Source: Catajapyx aquilonaris (Eukaryota). Taken from it: 61,833 bases of DNA. Below are positions 51,371 through 61,833 of the stretch, piece by piece. The stretch is from the NCBI GenBank assembly GCA_000934665.2, contig KZ538560.1, positions 1 through 61,833 of the forward strand. Direction: 5' to 3'. The notes beneath the pieces are model-generated. The model was given only the letters and a program-made list of their open reading frames with translations. It searched no databases and was not told where the DNA came from. The position numbers and the translations under genes are program-made. Positions within the stretch are counted from its first letter, which is position 1, and each line of letters begins with the position of its first letter.

Positions 51371-54300
51371 TTTGTGTATAATCCCATGTGGGATGGTGTT
51401 TGAATTCATTTAAATGTATTAAGTGTGTATCAATGAAATATGAATTATTATTAATATTAGTAGTATGAAGTAGTATAAAAATAAGAATGGCCAAATAATA
51501 GCAATAATTTTGTAATTATTATGCGAACAAAAATAAATATTAGTATTAATTGTTATGGAAAATTATGAGAATAAGTGTTTATTAATAAAAACACATTATT
51601 ATTATTAGTAGTAGTACGGTAGTAGTATGAAAATAAAAAATAGCCTAATAAATCAGTAATTATCGTGAGAATAAATTAATAAAAATTGTGCAATAATAAT
51701 GTTTAATTATGATAATGCGTGAACAGAATCTGTCGTAAAGGTGAAATTGAAGACTAAGTTTTGTTTTTTTTAATTGGCTCAAAATTCATCCGGAATACTT
51801 CTGAAAGATTGCAGTTATTGCATAATTACAGTGATGCGCAATTAACTAGCCTGCCTGTAATATTTTATTCGCGGAGGACAGGACGGTGTTGGGCAATTCA
51901 GCATGAATCATTTTTGCGGCGATAAGCATATCTTATCAAGTCGCTCGCAAATTGGATTCTGAAGCTTGCATGTTAGAGGATGCGAATCTATTTGCATTCA
52001 TTACGCAATAATTATTTGGCTATTTTTATACATATGTAACGATGCTGGTTCTTCGCTGAAACAACATGTCAGCATTGCAATAATATTGTTACGTTATTGT
52101 TGCGAAACATTTCAACACATGATGAATTATTGCATCACTCATTCACTTTCAGCATCTTTTACAATTTATGGTTTATTTATGCAATTTTTAAAACTCAGCA
52201 AGGTCAATCTCACGTGGAAATATTGAACTAATGACACGTTATGTGCAGGTCCTGGAGTACTTCGAGCACCTGAAGTCCTCCGAGGATGGCTGGCAACTAT
52301 GCATGCGGACACTTACATCCGGATCGCCTCTGGATTCCCACGTGAAATTCTTTTGCTTTCAGGTACGCTTTCTTTAAATGTACATCTGGTCACACTCTTC
52401 TCACATGTTCCGATGTTTCCAGGTGATAGAGTTCTTCGTAAAGAAGTCCTACCCGTCGGCGACCCCTCACGACCAGCAGGTGATGCGCTCCTTCCTAAGC
52501 CAGTGGATCCAGATGCAGTGCATGCAGCAATCGGCCGGGGAGCAGTCCTTCATCCTGAACAAGGCGGCACAGATCTTCTGCCTCGTGTTCCTTCACGACT
52601 TTCCGCAGCGATGGCCCTCTTACTTCACGGATCTCCTGCAGACCCTCAGCATGGGAACGCCTGCGGTCGACATGTACCTCCGAATACTAAGGGCCATCGA
52701 CTGCGAGGTGGCAGACAGGGAGTTTCTACGGTCGCAGAAAGAGCTGGCGAGGAACACCCGAATTAAGGACACAATCCGAGAGCAGTCCGTGCAGCCGATG
52801 GTCGAGTCGTGGTACCACATTTTGGTAAGTTCGGATCAGCTTGTGTCATATTTCGTACTTATGATCACAATTGCAGACAACGTACGAGACTAGCCACCCG
52901 GATTTGGTGTGCCAGTGTTTGAAGGTGATCGGCGCATTCGTGTCCTGGATCGACATCAACCTGGTTGCCAACGAGAGGTTCGTTCCTGTCCTGGTCCGTC
53001 TTTTGTCCCAGCAGCAGACCAGGGAGGCTTCAGCCGATTGTATCCATGACGTTCTGGCGAAGGGGATGGATCCGCTGGCTAAAACGAAGCTGGTGGAGTC
53101 CTTCTCCGCAATACTGGAAGGCGCGGGGTTGCTCAAGCTGGTGGAGGATGACGACACCGAGTTTATGGTCAAACTATCGAAGCTCATTAACGGAATGGGG
53201 ATTAATCTCATCGACAGTTATCAGAAGTACGTACTTCGTGACGCCTGCGAAATCTAGCCATAATTGTGCTTTTATCGGCAGGACGTTAAAATCCGGAAGC
53301 AAGGATGATGCAGCCGCAATATACGAAGCTGTAGTCCGCAAGGTCCCGTTGATGATGGAGTTTTTAAGCAGCGATTACGACGATGTGTCCGCCTCTGTAC
53401 TTGACTTTGCGAAGGACTACATACATGTAAGTAGGCCCGTAAAATGTCGCATTTTCATGCTAACACGATCTTTCAGTTGCTGAAGGGCAAGACGTTCCTG
53501 AGCCCTGTTCAGAAGCAGCATCTGGAAGGAATCCTGTTCATTTTGATCAAGAAGGTTAAGTACGACGAGTCGTACAATTTTGAGCATGAAGGCGAGGACG
53601 AAGCACTGTTTATGGAGTATCGTAAGCAGCTGAAAGTGCTGTTCGACAACGTGGCCGCTGTCGACAAAGCGCTTGTGGTGCAACAAGTGCAGCAGTTTAT
53701 CACTGCGACGTTGCAGCAATGGCAAGGGATGGCTTTTCAGGTAATTATTGTTGCCATAATGGTTTGGCGTACTTATTACATCGGTTTTGTTGCAGGATGT
53801 GGAAGCGGCTATAACCTTCCTGTATCTTCTTGGTGAGGTTGTTCCGTCGAGCGAAGGCAACCAGGCTATGATGCGCCTACTGGTTACAAGCGGCGTTTCA
53901 GGCCATGGGCATCCCGCGGTTTCTATGCAGTTCTTCCGTACCGCGACACGATACGATAAGATATTCAATCGGGAGCCAGACCTTATTGCGAGCGTACTCG
54001 TCGCATTTTTAGACGTCAGAGGAATGCGACATCCGAGTCCGGCAGTGAGAGGCAGCTGCGTGTACCATTTCTGCCGGTTCGTCAAGAGTGTGCGGTCGCA
54101 CATGCAGCCGTACATTGAAGACGTGCTTAGACGGCTGCAGGATCTGTTAGTTCCGCTACCGCCTGCAGCAGGAGGCAGCGGGGACGACGGAGCATCCCAG
54201 CCGCTACTCACACCGGACGATCAGAATTTCCTGTACGAAGCGGCCGGAATACTCATTATATCGGGCTCCTTTGAAGCTCAGGTACGTCCTCGCTCGTAAA

Positions 54301-55651
54301 AATGTGGGCAAATTTCTGATTGCATTTTGCGCAGAGGAAGGAAGCCCTGATGCGCAACCTGCTTGCACCGTTGCTGACCCGGTTCGAACCAGTGACCCTC
54401 CAAATGGTGTCCGAACCCGACCCAGTGAAGCAAGAGCAACTGGCCCAATCGCTGAGCCAGGCCATGTCGTTCACCAGCCGCACCAGCAAGGCCTTCAGCA
54501 ACCAGCAGACCATGAAGGCCTGCAACTGCGTCCAGCTCTACCTGGAGGCTCTCCAGGTCTTCATCCGCTCCCTGCAGCTGTCCAGACACAACCCCACGTT
54601 GCAAGCAGGGGTCAGGCAGTACCTCCATCGGATGGTTGTGTGTCTGGAGGAGGAGCTGCTGCCGTACATTCCGCCGGTGTCGGAGTCGCTTCTGCAGACG
54701 TCGGACACTCGGAGCATACAGGAGTACATTCCGCTCATCAACCAGATCATCGGGAAGTTCAAGGTAAAGATTTGGATAATTTTTGTCGTTCCCAGGCTCA
54801 ACTTTGCGGCTCCCTCCGTTACTAACATGTGCGGGGATTCCGTGAACATTTGAGTAATCGTATCTCAGCTCTCTTGGCTGTTCCAGAAAGAGGTGGTGCC
54901 GTTCCTGCAGCGTGTTTTCGTTCCGATGGCCACCAGGATAGCCGCGGCTCTTGCAGTTCCATGCGAGGAAAACGACGAGGAAGCCAGGCACGAGAAGCAG
55001 GCGTTGCAGCGCAGCTACTACCAGTTCGTGGGAGCCATTGTTGGGAACGGGATCTCCGAGGTGCTCACAGCGCAAGACTCGCATGCACTAGAGCAGATCC
55101 TGTTCTCGGTCGTCCAAGGCGCCGTGGAATTTCAAGACCCAACAGTAGGCACCACACTCACATACTGTCGCGATTTCTAATTTTAATTAATGTTAATGTT
55201 CCCACAGTCGCAAAAGAACTGCTTCGGTATCCTTAAGAAGCTTGTGGAGATGTGGGGCGGCCAGGAGGGACCTGCAGGCTTCCACGACTTTATGTACAAG
55301 CATATTGTTCCCGCCTGCTTCATTGCGCCGATGAAGCCGACGTTCGACCTCTCCGATGCTCAGACGCTCCTGGCTCTTACGGAAAGCGGATTCTGCATTC
55401 GGACTGTGTACGAGAAGAGAGGGGACGAACTGGTGGCTTTCCTTCACGCCCAGTACCTCCCAACATTAGACCTGGCTCCCGCAGTGATCGAGGAGTACTG
55501 CCAGGCGCTCAGGTCGGATTCGAGGCTGTTCAAGACATACCTTAAGGTGAGTAACGCACATAAGTGACAGCGATTGCAAATAGGAATGTACTGTTATTTA
55601 CTCTAATGTTGAGAACTTCTCCAGTTATTTTTCCAGAAGGCCAAATCGTGA
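50706..55651 (+). CDS. XPOT: Exportin-T (tRNA exportin), about 957 aa
   Basis: 11 frame-consistent exons: 50706-50765, 52249-52362, 52423-52824, 52877-53226, 53282-53426, 53477-53740, 53796-54281, 54335-54763, 54887-55144, 55208-55546, 55625-55651. Motifs HVKFFCFQV, RNTRIKDTIRE, SWIDINLVAN, YLHRMVVCL, FDLSDAQT, end LFFQKAKS. Confidence 0.96.
50935..51370. repeat. AT-rich tandem repeat plus (AAT)n microsatellite in XPOT intron 1
   Basis: Repeated AAATAGCCTACT..ATCTAATAATTATT units, then (AAT)n at about 51325-51370. Confidence 0.85.
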
Positions 55652-55817
55652 GTTCGTGAACAGAACAATGACTGGAAAACAAATTTGTACATATTGCAGT
55701 ATCAGTACTGCTAGTTGGCATGTGAATCATGGGTTACGTGCGTGTTATAAAAAGTATCCACAAGAATGTACTTTGCATCGCCTGAAATAAATTATGGGTT
55801 AAAAAAAATTTAAATCA

Positions 55818-58401
55818 TCACGACTTCGACTTGACTTCCATTAATGAGTGGTCTCGAATGGGCTTGAATTTGAGCAATTTTGAGTATGAAATCATGAGCT
55901 CCTTCCAGTAGCACTCGACATCTTCCATCCGCAAGTGTGACCGGATGAACTTGGATCCTCGATCCGCTATCGCTTGGGCAATGTTGTCATGTTCCTTAGC
56001 GAATTCAATCAGTTCTCTGTAAATGGACAGAATATGTTTTTTGTATACTATTGTTACGACTTGTCTTGTTGCAAACTGTTGTACTGCACAGCACCATACT
56101 TTACCTAACCTCTACTAAGCTAACCTCTGCTAACTGAACCACTACTAAGCTAACCTCTGCTAACTTCCACTAACCTCTGCTAACTTAAACACTACTAAGC
56201 TAACCTCTGCTAACTTAACCACTACTAAGCTAACTTCCACTAACCTCTGCTAACTTAAACACTACTAAGCTAACTTTACCACTACTAACTTCCACGCTAC
56301 TAAGCTAACCTCTGCTAACTTCCACTAACCTCTGCTAACTTAACCACTACTAACTTAAACACTACTAAGCTAACCTAAGCTAACTTTCACTATGCTCTGT
56401 TAACTTAACCACTGCTAACTTCCACTAACCTCAGCTAACTTCCACTAACCTCTGCTAACTTAACCACTACTAACTTAAACACTACTAAGCTAACCTCTGC
56501 TAACTTAACCACTACTAAGCTAACTTCCACTAACCTCTGCTAACTTAAACACTACTAAGCTAACCTTCACTATGCTCTGTTAACTTAACCACTACTAACT
56601 TAAACACTACTAAGCTAACCTCTGCTAACTTAACCACTACTAACTTCAAACTTAACCGCTACTAACTTCCACACTACTAAGCAAACCTCCACCAACTTAA
56701 CCACTACTAAGGTAACCTAACTTGTATGTACCTGATCTGATCCTTCGAAGCGTCACCTGGAACCGGAATGTAGTGTACCCAAGGCTTAAGCGCCGGGTAG
56801 AAGAACTCGCTCCATTCGCTACCGACATGGAAAACTAGCGAGCCGCAGAGGAACAAGTGCTTGAGCCTGAAGCTGGCTGCCACGCCTCGGTAGTTGAACA
56901 AGTACTTGAACTTGCAGTGGTCCTCGAACTTCACCTCCGTAGCAGGCGGTGCATTCAGAGTGTCAGCGTCCGATTTCCACGCCTGATTCTTGGTGTACTG
57001 TGCATCTACCATGTCGGGCATCTCTCTGCAAATAATTACCGTTATTAATCCCATTAGTCTGCTAGTTATTAACAGACTGACCTGGACAAAAGCACGATTG
57101 GATCTCGTTCCGGGCTGGTCCGCGACCCTCTGAAGAAAGCTCGTTGCAGCTTCTTGTCCCACGGCCACTTCCCAGCTGCCTTTGGGATAGCCTCGAGATG
57201 CTGGTCCCACCTCCCGAGGCCTCGAGGGTACAGGGTGATTGCTGGCCCCCCCTCCCAGAAGGACCAAGCTGGATAGGTGATGTCGTAGTAGTCTGGCGTC
57301 TTGCTAAAAGACAACACCGGAGCCGGGTTGGACCACTGGCGCTGTATCTGCGGCCAGTCACGCGTGTTCAGGACAAACTCCATGTCCGGGAGGTCGGGCA
57401 GGAGAGGCAGCAGGAAATGCTCCACTCCGGTGCATCGGAAAGGAAACATCACTTCCTTGCTGCGGTACAGGCGGTGGTTTATCACTTGGTATCTGGTCCC
57501 CCTGTCAAATATACAGCACTTATTGTGGGTTTGTCTTCTGCCCAACAATACTGTCAGTCTTGTCCTGCCCCAGACCAACGAACATTATTGTGGCTTTGCC
57601 AAGCAGTAGCTCTTCATTTATTTTCCTTAGTTGTGTCACAGGCCAACGAATGTTATTGTGGCTTTGCCAATCAGCATGTTTTTATTTATTTTCTTTAGTT
57701 ATGTGACAGGGGCCAAATAATGTTATTGTGGCTTTGCCATGCAATGTGTCTTTATTATTTTATTGTTTTTAATTGTGTCGTAGCCAAAGAACGTTATTGT
57801 GGCTTTGCCAGTGTCGCTCGGAGGCTTCGCAACTTACTTGTCCGCCACCTGCTGAATCATCTCTTGAGTAATCCCGCTGTCGAACGGCCGCAAGTCCTGT
57901 CGTATGAGCTGGGTGTAGCAACTGCAATCGCTTCCATTGAACGCCACGTACTCCGCCATTGCAGCTTCGACCAACGGCATGAACTTCCCATCCCGTCTGC
58001 TTGAATCTAATCGGATCGAACGATAATTATTAACAAAACGTATGGCCAAAGGACACAAGGCTACTTATGATCTACTTATACAAAACAGCAAAGTTTCTTT
58101 GTTTGTCCCAATTTGTGCATGGCAACGGGTTAACATGGAGTAGGTCATACTCATAAATTATTAAAACATCATTAAAGTATAGTAATGAGAAAATTTAAAA
58201 GGGTGGATGCGACATGCCTCCAGTGTACTTCCCAGCGCCGTCCTCCTCCGCACCCGAACATGTGTCCTCCTTCCTGTCGACGCCGCACTGTCCGCCTTCC
58301 CCTGCGCCATGAGCCATGATCCCGAACAGAGCCAGAAGCACCAGAGGCGCCAGAGAAGTCCAGAGGAACCAGAAATTCCAACATCTTCTGGACGCCGCCA
58401 T
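55818..58401 (-). CDS. POGLUT1: Protein O-glucosyltransferase 1 (rumi, CAP10/GT90), about 421 aa
   Basis: Exons 58401-58218 (signal peptide; probable GC donor), 58006-57838, 57501-57082, 57025-56732, 56016-55818. Motifs [60 protein letters not shown]. Confidence 0.95.
56100..56720. repeat. Compound CTAAC/TAACC-rich minisatellite in the last rumi intron
   Basis: Shuffled modules ACTACTAAGCTAACCTCTGCTAACTTAACC and TAACTTCCAC. Confidence 0.9.
57575..57812. repeat. Four degenerate direct repeats (about 65-70 bp) in rumi intron 2
   Basis: Core TTATTGTGGCTTTGCCA repeated four times. Confidence 0.85.
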
Positions 58402-60255
58402 TTAAAAAAAAATAATAATATGGCGATACCATCGATCCAAAGTGCACCAGCATCGTCAAGGCAGCCAGTGATGGACGATATCAAGTAGTAGAAGCAAAAT
58501 CGATTCGCCGCCATATTTAAACAAAAAACAAACAAAAAAACATCAAAATTAAAATAATAAAAAAATATGCTCACGAAAAACTTGTTAAGACTTTTTCGTG
58601 AGCGTGTCGAGCTGGATTGGTGACAAGCCACACCGCCAGCGACAAGGCTCCAACTCATGGTGCGGGACGCTTTTCCTGCTTTTTTTAAAAAAAAAATCTT
58701 TACTCAAAAATCAAAGTAGTTTAAGCAATAATTATTATTATTGAACGAAATTTTGGAATGTTGGCTTCAAGTGAATGTTACTTAGCAGGAAAAATGCCGT
58801 GCCATCCAGCCCCTCGAGGGACATATAGCACGCTAACTACACAAAGTATATATACAACAATGCAAAATCGCAAACAAGTTGTGCAATGATTATATGTCAT
58901 AATGGATACAATATACTTGCCAGGAAAATACCTGAGTTTTCTGCGTCTCCTGTATGTCTGTAGCATATACGTTGTTCTTGGTAGTACCTTTATAGTGCCA
59001 TTATGGGAGTACGATAATGTAATGGCGGAAGGGGGACAGAGGTCACAAACAGCACTGATGTACTACAAACCGGCATCGTAGTACATCACATGCCATTACA
59101 CTATAAATAGTCGAATCATATCCGAAATACCAATAACACATAACCATATTATTTTAGTACCACATCACTGTTTACCTTAAAACAAATGCAATATACAGTG
59201 GGGGGTGCTACAAAGTACACAAAACATTTCTTCAACGATTATGCCTCATTGTTGAGACATAAATTATGCAAAGGGCTGGTGGTACGTTATTACATTAGGG
59301 ATTGGTATAATAAGGTTCCGACGTACTCCCACTGATAAATGGCCGGTACCTCTTCTGACTTCTGCCGAATGACACTAAAGAGGCCCATTACTACGGTTAA
59401 ATGAAAATGGCCTTATGCCCACACCGGCGGGGGTGACCTGACACGTAGGTCTAATGGGCGAGCAAACGGTGACTCTACGAGGTCAGTTACGCAGTGACCT
59501 CTGACCACTGAGCTATATTCATACCGGTATACATATTGGACGGGCCAACAGGTGACACTCTGTTCGTCCAACATCCGTCTGTTGCTGTGGGCATACGACC
59601 ACTATTGGGCCCACAAGTGACGGAATATACGGACAGAATATAATAATAATTCTCGGTTGATTGCAGACAATCCTGAAAACGCGACCTGACTTTGCCTGAT
59701 CTACTGCATGAAAAAGATTTCGATCCTACGCGTATAACCTCAGGTGGTGCTGAAGGAGAAACGGTTCTATAACCTGACTCAGCCTGCTCTATCTATACAA
59801 TAATCGGATTTAGATCCGACGCGGATATATTCTGCTTCATCTGCACGTCTATATGGCTTCATAGCGACGCAAAGAGAGCCATATACCACAACCCAAAACA
59901 ATACGACAAACGAGGGTGTTGGACTGTTGGCTGAAAATAAGACATGTCTGGGGGAAAAAAACGACGTAGCTAGTTCAGACTATATCTGAACCAATAGGGT
60001 ATATAATGTAGATCGGGTCAGCACCGTATGCCAACATACAGGTATTACCCATACTGTACCATACATACACCATACTTTTTGAACAGTCACTACATAATAT
60101 ATTACCAAGACCGTGATCATAATACCCGTGCTGGAATAAGCTTTCCACATAATTATATAGGCTATACACCCTCACACCTCATATTGCACTGTGCTCAATT
60201 TCCTACGCATTATGCTCTGTACTTGCCCAGAATCAGATTACCTTTTTCTAAAAGC

Positions 60256-60515
60256 GTGATAGTGACAAAATAACTGTTTTTGCGCCCCCTACCTCTGCAT
60301 GAGATAGGTTACACGCTCTTTAATTGCGCCCCCTACCTCTACATGAGATAGGTTACACGCTCTTTAATTGCGCCCCCTACCTCTACATGAGATAGGTTAC
60401 ACGCTCTTTACTTGCGCCCCCTACCTCTACATGAGATAGGTTACACGCTCTTTAATTGCGCCCCCTACCTCTACATGAGATAGGCTACACGCTCTACTTA
60501 TTTTGTCACAATCAC
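60256..60515. mobile_element. Inverted-repeat-bounded 44-bp tandem array (MITE/HINE-like)
   Basis: About five copies of TTGCGCCCCCTACCTCTACATGAGATAGGTTACACGCTCTTTAA between GTGATAGTGACAAAATAA (60256-60273) and TTATTTTGTCACAATCAC (60498-60515), a 17/18 inverted match. Confidence 0.65.
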
Positions 60516-61809
60516 ACCATGGCACTACTTGAGCACATGTGACATACCTTGAGTTGTTGAACTGGAATTAAACAAGATTAAAACACATGCAATGAAATGT
60601 ACACTTGCAATCGACCTGAAATTCCTCCAGGTCACGCGCCTCTCTCCTAAAACATTGTCTACACTCTTTCGGTGCCAACTTGAAAGATATTATGATTTTT
60701 ACTAATAATATTTCTCATCAGTTTCGAGTATGTGAAGACTGTAAAAATGTTGGCTAGTTACATCCAAAGTAATGTTTTTGATGGGATTCCTAACATCATT
60801 TGACTATACGCTATAATGTTTCAATAAGTCCTTCTGATTTTCTTTACTGCCTCGCAGTAGCAGTTAGTATACGAATCTGACGGAGTAAAAATAACACCGG
60901 CCTAACTCACGCGGTTATTGCTTTTTCGATATCATCGGTAGAATAAGCTCAAGTGGTCCACAAAGTTCGGGTTGAAAAAGGCAACCTGGGCAACAATGTT
61001 CGGGGTCATCGTACAGCACACTTTGAATCCACCCTCGCACTGCCACCGTATATCCGGATGCTTTTTCAGGGCCCTTCTCACCTTTTGACCTTCGAAGCAT
61101 CGATAATCATGCAGCACGATGATGTGACCATGTGGCTTAATGGCACGTGAGGTGTATAACCGTACGTGACACTGTACAAGCCGTCACAAAATCATGACCA
61201 CATGATTAGAGTAATGGAGTCTTCTGTCCAGCGGTGGTAGTGCGGTACAGGGTGCGCCTAATTAGGATCCGGTCAAAGCTATCCCAATGAGAAGTCAAAA
61301 ACACTAGTTTTGAAAACCCATACAAGACGACTTCCACGGTCCTTTTCGGCACACCCTGTGCACTGGTGCCCTCGATGATTATGATCGTCAGGTTTGGTTT
61401 TGGCAGCCAGAGATCTCCAGCCACGAATGAAGCACTGCACTGACTCTACATCTACATGGGTCAACATGAGTTACATGACCCCGGGGCAGAAAGGCCCCGA
61501 CAAAAAAGCAACACTGACTCGACTGACACCGTCTGGAAGTGTCTGCAAATTTTGTATAGTCCAGCGTCGTTCAGGAGAGGAAGGGAAATGCTTGTATCCA
61601 ATAATAAACTTGTTTCAAATGAGTTCAATGAAATTCCCTGCCAAATATTAATGACAATACTATGAGGCTAACTGCTATAGGCATTGTTGATGAAAGAACA
61701 AAATGTGGTAAAAGAGCCCCGAGCTAAATAATTTAACACCTCTGTTTATATGAGCACTATCTTCTCACAAAGAAAATGCTTCAAAAGTTAGGTGAAACTA
61801 GCACTGAAG

Positions 61810-61833
61810 CAGTGCCGTATCCAGGGGGGGGGG
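61810..61833 (+). mobile_element. Probable left terminus of a hAT-type MITE at the contig end
   Basis: CAGTGCCGTATCCAGGGGGGG resembles recalled CAGTGGCG..CCAGGGGG MITE ends; only 24 nt visible. Confidence 0.35.

Noticed and set aside
53417..55084. Long antisense ORFs (264 and 268 aa)
   Set aside because: Shadows of GC-rich XPOT exons that run across intron boundaries.
59650..60240. Possible decayed non-LTR retroelement 3' end (TPSHLILHCAQF)
   Set aside because: Only one short motif among many stops; cannot be supported without a search.
60280..60495. Regular repeats as a CRISPR array (also 49065-49700)
   Set aside because: Head-to-tail units without unique spacers, eukaryotic context, no cas genes.
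1..61833. Poly-G/C tracts at both window ends and at every N as a biological signal
   Set aside because: Best explained by sequencing or assembly failure at homopolymers; the first is simply the IR intron's C-tract.

Overview
Eukaryotic genomic DNA with compact introns (many 50-70 nt), almost certainly from an arthropod and probably a pancrustacean, given a CPCFC-type cuticle gene and divergent ionotropic receptors. It looks like a short-read scaffold that breaks at poly-G/C runs. The window opens with an array of three divergent ionotropic-receptor (IR) paralogs: one cut by the window edge, one with a single 2-nt frameshift, and one multiply broken with a TSD-less Spy-type MITE. Next come a divergent FPPS-like gene with terpene-synthase-like motif changes, a Tre1/Moody-like GPCR, an acyl-CoA desaturase, Emi1/FBXO5-like, acid sphingomyelinase and PIG-S. 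PIG-S intron 1 holds a complete pogo/Tigger element with an intact 521-aa transposase ORF. The window ends with a CPCFC cuticle protein, a SPEF1-like CH-domain gene, exportin-T and POGLUT1/rumi, plus MITEs, hairpins, a Helitron fragment and minisatellites. The best candidates for new biology are (1) the possibly domesticated Tigger transposase that may share the PIG-S promoter and exon 1, and (2) the FPPS paralog that may be a terpene synthase, next to chemoreceptor and desaturase genes. Exon structures were read by eye from splice consensus and frame continuity. Family calls rest on recalled motifs, not database searches.
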